In this document: in pieces, positions 10,472 to 22,396 of the stretch
Layout of the letters: every line of letters starts with the position of its first letter
Position numbering within the stretch: the stretch's first letter is position 1
DNA from: a phage
Sequence record: PZ179882.1
Length of the DNA stretch: 64,000 bases
Reading direction: 5' to 3' (one strand)
Notes under the pieces: generated by a model
The model's input: only the letters and a program-made list of their open reading frames with translations
Database searches by the model: none
Told to the model about the DNA's origin: nothing
Made by a program: the position numbers and the translations under genes

Positions 10472-10968
10472 AAAGTTTTAATAACCTCTATAATATCGTC
10501 TTTCTCAAGACCGTTAATTAAAATATGATGTTCAGCCGGAGATTTAGAAATTTTAAAGCATGCCTCAACATCTTCTGCCATATCCGATGCGCTACGATTT
10601 GGATTACTAATTCCAAGACGATGTTTTCCCGTTAAAGGATTAACGATGATATAGCATTTACAGTTGTTAATATGAACATTAGGTTGAGTCTGATTAATGA
10701 ACACATCGCAATCATATTTCGCAAGCTGATTTTCTAAAAAGACTTTCATCTCCTCAACCGCATCAGGAAGCATATCACGGGCTTGCTCAAGACGACGATT
10801 TCGATATTCTTTAATGGTCGTTTTCCGCTTGACTTGCTTAGCTAAATCTTTCTTAAGATCGGTGATATATCCAACTCGACGATTTCCTTTAAATACAGAA
10901 ATCCCATCTGTAGTATCACCATATGCTTCAACGACCATTTCAGTAGTAATAAGCTGCAAATCCATCAT
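10462..10968 (-). CDS. alc: Alc, inhibitor of host transcription on cytosine DNA, 168 aa
   Basis: Position between spanins and rnlA as in T4; size matches (~167 aa). Confidence 0.75.
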   Translation of the reverse strand: MMDLQLITTEMVVEAYGDTTDGISVFKGNRRVGYITDLKKDLAKQVKRKTTIKEYRNRRLEQARDMLPDAVEEMKVFLENQLAKYDCDVFINQTQPNVHINNCKCYIIVNPLTGKHRLGISNPNRSASDMAEDVEACFKISKSPAEHHILINGLEKDDIIEVIKTLCN

Positions 10969-11029
10969 AAAGTCCTCATGTTATGTCAGTAAGACTACTG
11001 TAACACAACACGAGGGACTTGTAAACAGC

Positions 11030-12617
<1,588 letters not shown>

Positions 12618-12624
12618 AATAAAA

Positions 12625-12640
12625 TGGGCCTTGCGGCCCA
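12625..12640 (-). other. GC hairpin (GGGCC-GCAA-GGCCC) between nrdB stop and denA start
   Basis: Perfect 5-6 bp stem with GNRA-type loop in the 27-nt intergenic gap. Confidence 0.4.
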
Positions 12641-12644
12641 CTCC

Positions 12645-13823
12645 TTAAAAATATTTTTTAAAACTCATCATAACTTTATCATCAACATCATTATCAATCT
12701 GTGCTACAAGGTAAGATGACAGTTCTACTTCTTGTGGCGCGGATTGAACATTATCAGAATTAAGGTATTCACGAATCCAAGGATATGGATGTTTAACCGG
12801 AGCATCGGTAATTGGGCATGGAAGACCGCACTGTTTCATACGAGATACAGTTAAGTAATCAATAAAGCTCCACATGCTATTTGTATTTAATCCAGGAACA
12901 TCGCCATCTTTAAATAAATGAACTGCCCAGTCTTTTTCTTGGCGGTTAACTTCCATGAAAATATCAACTGCTTCTTGTTCACACTCTTGAGCAATTTTAA
13001 CCCATTCATCACCGTCAGTGCCAAGTTGAAGTTGACGAATAATATATTGTGTACCTTTAAGATGAAGTTGTTCATCACGCGCAATGAACTTCATAATCTT
13101 GGCATTACCTTCCATGATTTCCATGTTCTTATGGAAGTTAAAGGTACATGCGAAAGATACATAAAAACGAATAGCTTCCAATGCATTGATTACATGGAGG
13201 CAAAGATAAAGAGATTTCATTAGTGCTCGTTTAGCTTCGGCTTCTTGTTTAATAGCTCGATTTAAACGAAAATCAGCATCAGGAGATTCTTTAGCTAGTT
13301 CTACAAATTCTTTAGCATTTTCCCATTCACGGGTCTTCTTAAGAACATCATCGTAATAGCGACCAATGGACTCAGCGCGTTTCATAATATCTTCATCTAA
13401 TACAATCTCATCAAATACCTTTGACGGATCAGTATAAAGATTTCGCATGATATGGGTATATGAACGGCTGTGAATAGTTTCACTAAAAGTCCATGTAGCA
13501 ACCCATGTATCAAGACTTGGATCTGAAATTAATGACATAAGTACTGCAGACGGTGCACGACCCTGAATGCTATCTAGAAGTGATTGATACTTCAGGTTAT
13601 TAGTAAAAATATCTTGCTGATATTGAGGAAGCTTGTTAAATTGTGCAGCATCCATCATTAAGTTTACTTCTTCAGGACGCCAGAAAAATGACAACTGCTT
13701 TTCGGTTAAATCTTCAAAAACTTTATGACGTTGAATATCGTAACGCGCAATACCAAGACCTGAACCGAAGAACATAGGTTCTTTTAAAACATCAACTGGA
13801 TTTGTATTAAAAACTGTGCTCAT
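12645..13823 (-). CDS. nrdB: ribonucleotide reductase class Ia beta subunit, 392 aa, uninterrupted
   Basis: Diiron/tyrosyl-radical R2 protein; matches T4 NrdB; single continuous ORF (no intron). Confidence 0.95.
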   Translation of the reverse strand: MSTVFNTNPVDVLKEPMFFGSGLGIARYDIQRHKVFEDLTEKQLSFFWRPEEVNLMMDAAQFNKLPQYQQDIFTNNLKYQSLLDSIQGRAPSAVLMSLISDPSLDTWVATWTFSETIHSRSYTHIMRNLYTDPSKVFDEIVLDEDIMKRAESIGRYYDDVLKKTREWENAKEFVELAKESPDADFRLNRAIKQEAEAKRALMKSLYLCLHVINALEAIRFYVSFACTFNFHKNMEIMEGNAKIMKFIARDEQLHLKGTQYIIRQLQLGTDGDEWVKIAQECEQEAVDIFMEVNRQEKDWAVHLFKDGDVPGLNTNSMWSFIDYLTVSRMKQCGLPCPITDAPVKHPYPWIREYLNSDNVQSAPQEVELSSYLVAQIDNDVDDKVMMSFKKYF

Positions 13824-13874
13824 AAATTTTCCGCTTAGTTAATAGATAGTGACTCGTCCGTGAGTCAAATTATA

Positions 13875-16139
13875 TCATAATTTACAGGATGAACAATCTT
13901 CAGCTTTTGGAGTTTCTATTTCATAATCATCAGTACCAGAACCATCGCGGGTATTATGATAATAGAAATTTTTTCCGCCAAAATACCAAAAATACAAAAG
14001 GTCATCAATCATTACAGACATTGGAACCTTTCCTTTTGGAAAAATCTGCGGGTCATAATATGTATTCGCTGAAGCTGATTGACATACCCATTTAAGCATA
14101 ATAGCTACCTGCGTAAGATAAGGTTTATTACCTTTCTTAGCTAATTTCCACGTATAATCATAGAGGTCTATGTTATGTTCAATATTGGGCACGACTTGAT
14201 TAAAGGAACCCTCTTTTGATTCTTTAACAGAGACTGGTCCACGTGGAGGCTCGATACCGTTTGTACTGTTAGAAACTTGGGAAGATGACTCACATGGCAT
14301 AAGTGCTGATAATGTGCTATTACGGATGCCAAAGAGCTTAAGGTCTTCCCGCAGCGCCGACCAGTCACAAACGTATTTTGGAGCTGCGATTTGGTCAATC
14401 TTTTTATTGTACCAGTCGATAGGTAATTCGCCTCGAGACCAACGAGTGTCTGAATAATATTCGCAAGGTCCTTTTTCTTTGGCGAGCTTAATGGATGCTT
14501 TAATGAGTCCATACTGTAATCTCTCAAATAGTTCATGTGTTAAATCGTTAGCATCTTCATAAGAAGCAAAGTTACTTGCTAGCCAAGCTGCATAGTTGGT
14601 AACACCTACGCCAAGATTACGACGCTTTTTAGCTTTTTCTGCTTCAGGAACTGGATATCCTTGGTAATCCAAAAGATTATCAAGAGCGCGAACTTGAACT
14701 TCTGCTAATTCATTAATTTTATCTTGGTCTTGCCAATCGAAGTTATCCAACACAAATGCAGATAACGTACACAATCCAATTTCAGCATCAGGACTATTCA
14801 CATCATTTGTTGGAATAGCAATTTCACAACACAAGTTACTCTGACGAATAGGTGCCTTTTCACGAATAAACGGAGTATAGTTATTCGTATTATCAATGAA
14901 CTGTACATAAATCCTTGCTGTTCCTGAGCGTTCAGTCATGAGCAATTCAAATAGTTCACGAGCTTTAATACGCTTTTTACGAATATTAGGGTCTTTTTCT
15001 GCGGCTTCGTATAATTCACGGAAACGGTCTTGGTCTTTAAAATAAGAATAATAAAGTTCGCCACCCATTTCATGCGGACTGAACAAAGTAATGTAGTCGT
15101 TCTTTCCAAAACGTTCCATCATTAGGTCATTCAGCTGGACGCCATAATCCATATGACGGATACGGTTTTCTTCTACACCTTTGTTATTTTTCAAAACGAG
15201 AAGATTTTCAACTTCCAAATGCCAAATAGGATAATAAGCAGTAGCAGCGCCGCCACGAATTCCGCCCTGTGAACATGATTTAACAGCAGTCTGAAAATGT
15301 TTCCAAAAAGGAATAACGCCAGTATGACGCACTTCACCTGTGCCAATCTTAGAACCTTCGGCACGAATCATACCAACGTTAATGCCGATTCCAGCTCGTT
15401 TAGAAATATACTCAACAATTGAAGCAGAAGCCTTATTGATAGACTTCAGCGAATCACCTGCCTCAATAACAACGCATGAACTAAATTGCCGAGTCGGAGT
15501 ACGACATCCAGCCATAATAGGAGTTGGCAATGAAATCTGTCGAGTAGATACTGCTTCATAAAAACGAATAACGTGTTTTAATCTATCAACAGTTTCATCT
15601 TGATGCAATGCCATTCCAATAGTCATAAATGCAAACTGTGGAGTTTCATAAATTTGACCAGTGGTTTTATCTTTAACGAGATATTTTTCTTTTAATTGCA
15701 TCGCCCCGGAATAAGTAAATTCCATATCCCGCTCGTGCTTAATTTTTGATTCTAAAAATGTAATTTCTTCTGCTGAATATTTTGACAACAATTCAGGGTC
15801 ATATTTACCTTCATTTACGCAGTAAGAAATATGGTCAATAAATGAACGTGGTTCATACTGCCCGTAAACATGCTTACGAAGAGCGAACATTAAACAGCGC
15901 GCAGCTACGTATTGATAATCAGGCTCTTCAACTGAAATAGAATTCGCAGCAGCCTTAATGACAATAGTCTGAATGTCATCAGTTGTCATTCCATCACGGA
16001 GATATGATTTAATATTTTCATATAATTCATAAGGATCTACAGATGTTCCTTCAGCTGCCCAAGATAAAACTTTAATAATTTTTTGCGGGTCAAAGCTCTG
16101 AGAAACACCACTACTTTTGATAACATTAATTAATTGCAT
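13875..16139 (-). CDS. nrdA: ribonucleotide reductase class Ia alpha subunit, 754 aa
   Basis: 754-aa ORF with RNR large-subunit sequence (…NLCCEIA…, C-terminal CSSCKL); matches T4 NrdA. Confidence 0.97.
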   Translation of the reverse strand: MQLINVIKSSGVSQSFDPQKIIKVLSWAAEGTSVDPYELYENIKSYLRDGMTTDDIQTIVIKAAANSISVEEPDYQYVAARCLMFALRKHVYGQYEPRSFIDHISYCVNEGKYDPELLSKYSAEEITFLESKIKHERDMEFTYSGAMQLKEKYLVKDKTTGQIYETPQFAFMTIGMALHQDETVDRLKHVIRFYEAVSTRQISLPTPIMAGCRTPTRQFSSCVVIEAGDSLKSINKASASIVEYISKRAGIGINVGMIRAEGSKIGTGEVRHTGVIPFWKHFQTAVKSCSQGGIRGGAATAYYPIWHLEVENLLVLKNNKGVEENRIRHMDYGVQLNDLMMERFGKNDYITLFSPHEMGGELYYSYFKDQDRFRELYEAAEKDPNIRKKRIKARELFELLMTERSGTARIYVQFIDNTNNYTPFIREKAPIRQSNLCCEIAIPTNDVNSPDAEIGLCTLSAFVLDNFDWQDQDKINELAEVQVRALDNLLDYQGYPVPEAEKAKKRRNLGVGVTNYAAWLASNFASYEDANDLTHELFERLQYGLIKASIKLAKEKGPCEYYSDTRWSRGELPIDWYNKKIDQIAAPKYVCDWSALREDLKLFGIRNSTLSALMPCESSSQVSNSTNGIEPPRGPVSVKESKEGSFNQVVPNIEHNIDLYDYTWKLAKKGNKPYLTQVAIMLKWVCQSASANTYYDPQIFPKGKVPMSVMIDDLLYFWYFGGKNFYYHNTRDGSGTDDYEIETPKAEDCSSCKL

Positions 16140-16456
16140 AAGTCCTCAACTTGAAAATCGTCTTTAAACAATCGGTTAACTATATGAGCTATTATATCAC
16201 CATGACACGGCTTTGGTTTACATGTGCATCCTAGCCTCATTCCACGTAAAGGCTCTAAATGTGCTTTAGTTATTTCTCCGGATTTAATTCGACGTATAAA
16301 ATCTTTTTTGAATAATTCAATGGCAGCCTCCCGGCTGCCAGCATCTTTACCGACGTAATTTCCCCAAAATGTACCACGGTGAATATTAACATCAAAGTCG
16401 GATTTATATTTATTCACTACCTGGCATAGACGGCCCGCGCGGTGATAATTCGTCAT
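16130..16456 (-). CDS. hypothetical protein, 108 aa (nrdA.1 slot)
   Basis: Track ORF; overlaps nrdA start. Confidence 0.55.
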   Translation of the reverse strand: MTNYHRAGRLCQVVNKYKSDFDVNIHRGTFWGNYVGKDAGSREAAIELFKKDFIRRIKSGEITKAHLEPLRGMRLGCTCKPKPCHGDIIAHIVNRLFKDDFQVEDLCN

Positions 16457-16673
16457 ATTGTTTTTCCGTTAAAACAGTAATATCATAGTAACAATCTGAA
16501 GAAGTTTTAACTGTAGAAATTTTATTATCAAAATACTCACGAGTCATTTTATGAGTATAATATTTTTTGCCATAAATGATAATAGGCTGATTTGGTCCTG
16601 GAACTTCTAACTCACTTGGATTAGGAAGTGTAAAAAGAACTGCACCAGAAGTATCTTTAAATCGTAAAATCAT
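16410..16673 (-). CDS. hypothetical protein, 87 aa (nrdA.2 slot)
   Basis: Track ORF. Confidence 0.5.
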   Translation of the reverse strand: MILRFKDTSGAVLFTLPNPSELEVPGPNQPIIIYGKKYYTHKMTREYFDNKISTVKTSSDCYYDITVLTEKQYDELSPRGPSMPGSE

Positions 16674-16696
16674 ATATCCTCACAATTAATAATTAA

Positions 16697-17008
16697 TTAC
16701 ACCGCCATTTTTCCTTTAATAGGAGGGTGTGATTCGTAACCTTTAAGAACGAAATCTTTAGGCCTGAGTTTAAGAACATATTCCAATTGTTCTTTAGTAG
16801 AAAGATAGCGGAATTTATAAGGCAATCCGCCTATTACCAGTTCACAAAGCTCTTTAGGTTCACGACGCAAAATTTCTTTACATTGTTCTACGTGATTCAT
16901 ATAGATATGAGTATTACCGCCAGAAAATATCAAATCTCCAGGAATAAGATTACACATCTTAGCTACGATATGAACTAACGCAGCATATGATGCAATATTA
17001 AATGGAAG
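16697..17008 (-). CDS. td: thymidylate synthase, exon 2 (C-terminal 103 aa)
   Basis: Reads LPFNIASYAALVHIV…KGKMAV*; continues exon 1 across the intron; upstream ATG at 17009-17011 belongs to intron 3' end. Confidence 0.93.
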   Translation of the reverse strand, partial: LPFNIASYAALVHIVAKMCNLIPGDLIFSGGNTHIYMNHVEQCKEILRREPKELCELVIGGLPYKFRYLSTKEQLEYVLKLRPKDFVLKGYESHPPIKGKMAV

Positions 17009-18024
17009 CATTATGTTCAGATAAGGTCGTTAATCTTATCCCGGAATTATATCCAGCTGCATGTCACCATGCAGAGCAGACTATATCTCCAACTTGTTAA
17101 AGCAAGTTGTCTATCGTTTCGAGTCACTTGACCCTACTCCCTAAAGGGATAGTCGTTAGGCATTTATGTAGAACCAATTCCACTTATCAGATTTTACACG
17201 GTAAGTAACTAATCCGGATGAAATTTCAAAATGTCTAGCTGCATCAGCTGCACATTCAAAAATAACCCCATCACATGAAATCTTTTTAATATTACTAGGC
17301 TTTTTACCTTTCATCTTTTCTGATATTTTAGATTTAGTTTTGTCTGAATGCTTATGATTAAAGAATGAATTATTTTCACCTGAACGATTTCTGCATTTAC
17401 TACAAGTATAAGCAGAAGTTTGTATACGAACACCACATTCACAAAACTTATGGGTTTCTGGATTCCAACGCCCATTTTTGCTTCCGGGTTTACCGTAAAG
17501 AGCTTTCCGACCATCAAGGCCAAGCTTAAGCATCTTAGCTTTAACAGTTTCAGAGCGTTTCTTAATAATTTCTTCTTTTAATGGATGTACAGAATATGTA
17601 TCACCAAACGTTGCATCAGCAATATTGTATCCATTAATTTTAGAATTAAGCTCTTTAATCCAAAAATTTTCTCGTTCAATAATCAAATCTTTCTCATATG
17701 GAATTTCTTCCAAAATAGAGCATTCAAACACATTACCATGTTTGTTAAAAGACCTTTGAAGTTTTATAGAAGAATGGCATCCTTTTTCTAAATCTTTAAA
17801 ATGCCTCTTCCATCTCTTTTCAAAATCTTTAGCACTTCCTACATATACTTTATCGTTTAAAGTATTTTTAATCTGATAAATTCCACTTTTCATAAATACC
17901 TCTTTAAATATAAAGGTATTTATTAAAGGGTAGTCCTACAATTTAGCACGGGATTGTCTACTAGAGAGGTTCCCCGTTTAGATAGATTACAAGTATAAGT
18001 CACCTTATACTCAGGCCTCAATTA
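17009..18024 (-). mobile_element. group I self-splicing intron in td (1016 nt) carrying homing-endonuclease gene
   Basis: Minus strand begins UAAUUGAGGCCUGAGUAUAAGGUGACUUAUACUUGUAAUCUAUCUAAACGGGGAACC… directly after exon-1 …GGU, as in T4 td intron; ends …UAAUG before exon 2. Confidence 0.93.
17156..17893 (-). CDS. I-TevI: intron-encoded GIY-YIG homing endonuclease I-TevI, 245 aa
   Basis: MKSGIYQIKNTLNDKVYVGSAKDFEKRWKRH… GIY-YIG N-terminal domain, zinc finger and C-terminal DNA-binding domain; matches I-TevI. Confidence 0.93.
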   Translation of the reverse strand: MKSGIYQIKNTLNDKVYVGSAKDFEKRWKRHFKDLEKGCHSSIKLQRSFNKHGNVFECSILEEIPYEKDLIIERENFWIKELNSKINGYNIADATFGDTYSVHPLKEEIIKKRSETVKAKMLKLGLDGRKALYGKPGSKNGRWNPETHKFCECGVRIQTSAYTCSKCRNRSGENNSFFNHKHSDKTKSKISEKMKGKKPSNIKKISCDGVIFECAADAARHFEISSGLVTYRVKSDKWNWFYINA

Positions 18025-18572
18025 ACCCAAGAAAACATCTACAGAACGTTGATACCACTGCAAATCCAAATAGCCATTACGCACATTAAACTGATAGAAC
18101 ATGTGACAAGGCGGTAATGCCATTTGCTTGAGTTCAGCTGGATTCCACGCCGACACAATTTGACGCCTATCGTTTGGAAATGTTTTAATACGATTAACAA
18201 CTTCTACAATTTGGTCTACACCGCCAAAATCACGCCATTGTTTTCCGTAAATTGGACCAAGTTCACCACTATGATAACCTAGGTCTTTGGCCTGATTTTC
18301 GTAGTTTTCATCCCAAATCGTTTTTCCAGCAATTAAAGATCCATGAGTACGTTTACGTAGATCATTTACGTTAGTACTTCCTGATAAGAACCACAATAAC
18401 TCAGAAATACACGCATTCCAGGCGAGCTTCTTAGTTGTTACTGCAGGAAAACCTTTAGTTAAATCCCAGCGTAATTTAGTACCGAACAAAGCAATTGTTC
18501 CTGTGCCTGTTCGGTCATCGGTTTCGTAGCCATTTTCTAGAATATCTTTAATTAAAAATTGGTATTGTTGCA

Positions 18573-18573
<1 letters not shown>
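18025..18573 (-). CDS. td: thymidylate synthase, exon 1 (N-terminal 183 aa)
   Basis: MQQYQFLIKDILENGYETDDRTGTGT…PPCHMFYQF…RSVDVFLG then in-frame stop at intron start; start taken at Met 5 of track ORF. Confidence 0.9.
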
Positions 18574-19366
<793 letters not shown>

Positions 19367-19609
19367 TCAAACAGACTTTTTCACAATTTTCCAATCAGCT
19401 TTAAACTGTTCAACGTCAGAATGGTAAATCCAGAATCCTGCGCTTTCTCCATCCTCATAAAGAGGGCATCCATCACATTCATCTTCCCATCCCATATCAC
19501 GTAAAAGATGTTCGGCTTTTTCAACGAGATCAGAATCTTTACCGATGATATTAAAATACCATTTACCTCTAACTTCTGAATCTTTAATGCTCTGGCGTTG
19601 TAATCTCAT
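19367..19609 (-). CDS. hypothetical protein, 80 aa
   Basis: AAGGAG SD 8 nt before ATG at 19609 (Met 20 of track ORF). Confidence 0.5.
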   Translation of the reverse strand: MRLQRQSIKDSEVRGKWYFNIIGKDSDLVEKAEHLLRDMGWEDECDGCPLYEDGESAGFWIYHSDVEQFKADWKIVKKSV

Positions 19610-19666
19610 TTTATTCTCCTTAGTTGATAAGGCTATAGTATCACTACCATAGCCCGTTGTAAACAA

Positions 19667-19969
19667 TTATTTTTGAATTTTATCGAGCCACTTACCAAGC
19701 TTAATCATTTCTTTAGTAGCCTTTTCCATACTTCTGAACTTAACCAATAGAGGATAGGTATCGACACCCATAACTAAACTGGTTACAAGACTGTGTTCAC
19801 CCACAAGCCATAACGAATACGTTTGAATATCGAGTCCGTAATTTCTGTCTTTATGGACCCGTACACCCATCACTTCAAATTTCTCACTAGCTTTTTCTAC
19901 CGCATCCAGGAAATCATCTTTAGTCATATTAGGCCTTAAAAGTTTTTCGCAAAAGTTCAATGATTTCAT
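19667..19969 (-). CDS. hypothetical protein, 100 aa
   Basis: Track ORF. Confidence 0.5.
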   Translation of the reverse strand: MKSLNFCEKLLRPNMTKDDFLDAVEKASEKFEVMGVRVHKDRNYGLDIQTYSLWLVGEHSLVTSLVMGVDTYPLLVKFRSMEKATKEMIKLGKWLDKIQK

Positions 19970-20315
19970 CTACATTGTTTTCGTCTACAATGCAGTGAAT
20001 TTTTGTTACGCCAGAAACCTTGTCTTCGACTTCATCTTCTTCAGAAGTCGGTTCTTTATACTCGCGGAAACAATAAAACTCTTCTTCACTAAGTTCAAAA
20101 TAATCATCACCTATGCCATCATCATTATAGATTTCGCCATTAGCACAAATGATTTCGGTTACATAATCAAAGCCATCTAAACTTGATATTGATTTAACTT
20201 CAAACCAACCGCCATTTTCTTGAATGATGCTGACCATATTAGCATTTGATGAACTAATATCAATGAAAGATTTAATACGGTGTGGATTTAACTCATATTT
20301 TTTGCCGATTTCCAT
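19929..20315 (-). CDS. hypothetical acidic protein, 128 aa
   Basis: Track ORF. Confidence 0.5.
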   Translation of the reverse strand: MEIGKKYELNPHRIKSFIDISSSNANMVSIIQENGGWFEVKSISSLDGFDYVTEIICANGEIYNDDGIGDDYFELSEEEFYCFREYKEPTSEEDEVEDKVSGVTKIHCIVDENNVDEIIELLRKTFKA

Positions 20316-20361
20316 TTTTGATTTTCCTCATTTTGATAGGGGCTTGACAGCCCCTTGATAA

Positions 20362-20589
20362 TTATTGTTCGATCAGTCCCATGTAAAATTCTGCGTCTTC
20401 AGCATCCATACCATCACAATATTCATTAGCCATAAAGCGGGTGAGGTCTTCAAGAGGACCTTCAATAACGATTTGAATGCTCCAAAACTTAGAATCTTGT
20501 ACGCTTGTGATACTAAGTTCAGGATAACGATTACGAATAATTTCTTCAATATATTCAAAATCAACGATGTCAATATCAACTTTAGCCAT
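20362..20589 (-). CDS. hypothetical acidic protein, 75 aa
   Basis: AAAGAGGAAA SD before ATG at 20589 ([16 protein letters not shown]…). Confidence 0.5.
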   Translation of the reverse strand: MAKVDIDIVDFEYIEEIIRNRYPELSITSVQDSKFWSIQIVIEGPLEDLTRFMANEYCDGMDAEDAEFYMGLIEQ

Positions 20590-20632
20590 ATTATTTTCCT
20601 CTTTAATCATCAGCAGTATTGCCGATAGTTGT

Positions 20633-20662
20633 ATAGTACCATAGAAGAACAGAGATGTAAAC
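20633..20662 (-). promoter_or_regulatory. T4-type early promoter (-35 GTTTAC, 18-nt spacer, TGGTACTAT -10-like)
   Basis: Minus strand GTTTACatctctgttcttctaTGGTACTAT then conserved leader ACAACTATC; upstream of ORF starting 20589. Confidence 0.5.
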
Positions 20663-20683
20663 AGTTTTGTGAAAAATTTTTGA

Positions 20684-20712
20684 AATAAAAAAAGGGGACC
20701 TCTAGGGTCCCC
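20684..20712 (-). terminator. intrinsic terminator downstream of gene 32
   Basis: GGGGACC-loop-GGTCCCC hairpin followed by T8 on minus strand, 20 nt after gene 32 stop. Confidence 0.7.
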
Positions 20713-20734
20713 AATTAATTAGTAATATAATCTA

Positions 20735-21643
20735 TTAAAGGTCATTCAAAAGGTCATCCAGGTCCGTGTCATCAGCACTAGATGAACTGCCAGAGCTTGA
20801 GCTCATAAAATCATCTTCAGTTTTTGTTTTGAAGTCATCAACATTGAATGCATCCAAATCATCAGCAACTTTATCGGCTTTCTTAGCGGCAGTTGCTGCG
20901 GCACCACCCATAGCAGCAGTTCCCATAACTTGACTGAACTTAGTGCTCAGTTCTTCAAACGATTTGAATTTATCTTTAGAAGTCATTTCAGAAAGGTCAA
21001 CCATTTGTTCGAACAGTTCTTTCTGGAAAGATTCATCATCAATGTTTGGAATCGCAGATTGATTCAGGAATTTAGATTCGTCGTAGTTACTAAAACCAGA
21101 AACTTGTTTAACTTTCAGTACAAAGTTAGCACCTTCCCACGGACAAGTTACATCAACCGGAGTTTCACCCATTTCAACATCAACTGCAATCATTGCATTG
21201 ATTTTATCCCAGATTTTCTTACCGAAACGGTATTTAAATACTTTACCTTCATTTTCTGGAGCAGCTGGGTCTTTTACTACAAGAATGTTAGCCCAGTAAG
21301 AAGTTTTACGTTTAACAAGACCATACTCTTTATTGTCAGTGTTGTACAAATCATTTTTACTGATGTACTGACATACTGGACAAGAATCGTAATCACCGTA
21401 GGTAGATGAGCATGTTTCAATATACCATTTACCATTTTTCTTGAAACCGTGATTTACAAGAAGTGCGAATGGTGCTTGTTCATCATTTTTAGACGGAAGA
21501 AAACGAATTACTGCTTGACCGTTACCCGCATTATCGAGTTTCAGTTTCCACTCGCCTTTATCTTCAGAAGAAAAACCACCTTTATTTCCAGCCAGTTTAG
21601 CCATTTGTGCAGCGAGTTCAGCAGTAGATTTACGTTTAAACAT
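20735..21643 (-). CDS. 32: single-stranded DNA-binding protein gp32, 302 aa
   Basis: [19 protein letters not shown]…, zinc-binding Cys/His, acidic Ser/Asp C-tail; matches T4 gp32. Confidence 0.97.
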   Translation of the reverse strand: MFKRKSTAELAAQMAKLAGNKGGFSSEDKGEWKLKLDNAGNGQAVIRFLPSKNDEQAPFALLVNHGFKKNGKWYIETCSSTYGDYDSCPVCQYISKNDLYNTDNKEYGLVKRKTSYWANILVVKDPAAPENEGKVFKYRFGKKIWDKINAMIAVDVEMGETPVDVTCPWEGANFVLKVKQVSGFSNYDESKFLNQSAIPNIDDESFQKELFEQMVDLSEMTSKDKFKSFEELSTKFSQVMGTAAMGGAAATAAKKADKVADDLDAFNVDDFKTKTEDDFMSSSSGSSSSADDTDLDDLLNDL

Positions 21644-21717
21644 TTTTATTTCCTTTTTAATTTAATTAACAGTTGGTGCTATGACGATGTATGACCTCAT
21701 AGCTGGTCAGTGAGATA

Positions 21718-21741
21718 ATTATAATCTATTTATAATAAGCA
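21718..21741 (-). promoter_or_regulatory. gene 32 middle promoter (MotA box TGCTTA, 12 nt, TATAAT) overlapping late-promoter TATAAATA
   Basis: Minus strand …aatTGCTTAttataaatagatTATAATtat…; TATAAATA at 21734..21727. Confidence 0.5.
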
Positions 21742-21742
21742 A

Positions 21743-22396
21743 TTAATACTTGCATGATTTCACAGTTTCAATGAAAACACTTTTAGCTTTCTGTGAATCA
21801 ATATTTAAAATTTTTCTATAAGCTTTTAACTTTATAGAATAATTATTCCAGACTAAATTATCAGTCTGTTCATCATGTTTATCAATTATATTTAAAAACG
21901 AATCAAGCAAGATAAACGTCTCAAACGAAATTATATTCGATTGAAGTAGTTTAAAAATATAACTTGATTGAACTTTTGGATTATACTCAAAGATTTCTTT
22001 AAAAGCAGAAACTTCAACTTTTTTACTAAAATAATAAATGTTGCGAATATCTTCTTCAAACTTAAATTTAATTTGCTTTAAGCGTCCGATATATTCACGA
22101 TAAAACACAAGTGCATCAGCATCAGAGATGTCACCAATCCAAGCATCCTGGTTAGCAACAAGATTGCTTATAAAGATTAAAGCAAGTTCCTTTAATTTAT
22201 ATTTTTCTGATAACTTCTGGAAAAAATACTTATCCCTTCGCTTTTGATAAGCGGCATCAGACACCCGCATGCACCAATTATACTTAATTACATCATACTT
22301 TCCATTCATATGTTGTTTTATCATTAAGTATAATTTATAAACTGATTTACCATCAATGTATCTTTCACCACCAGCAGGCATGCGGAGTTTAATCAT
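21743..22396 (-). CDS. 59: helicase loader gp59, 217 aa
   Basis: MIKLRMPAGGERYIDGKSVYKLYLMIKQH… matches T4 gp59. Confidence 0.95.
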   Translation of the reverse strand: MIKLRMPAGGERYIDGKSVYKLYLMIKQHMNGKYDVIKYNWCMRVSDAAYQKRRDKYFFQKLSEKYKLKELALIFISNLVANQDAWIGDISDADALVFYREYIGRLKQIKFKFEEDIRNIYYFSKKVEVSAFKEIFEYNPKVQSSYIFKLLQSNIISFETFILLDSFLNIIDKHDEQTDNLVWNNYSIKLKAYRKILNIDSQKAKSVFIETVKSCKY

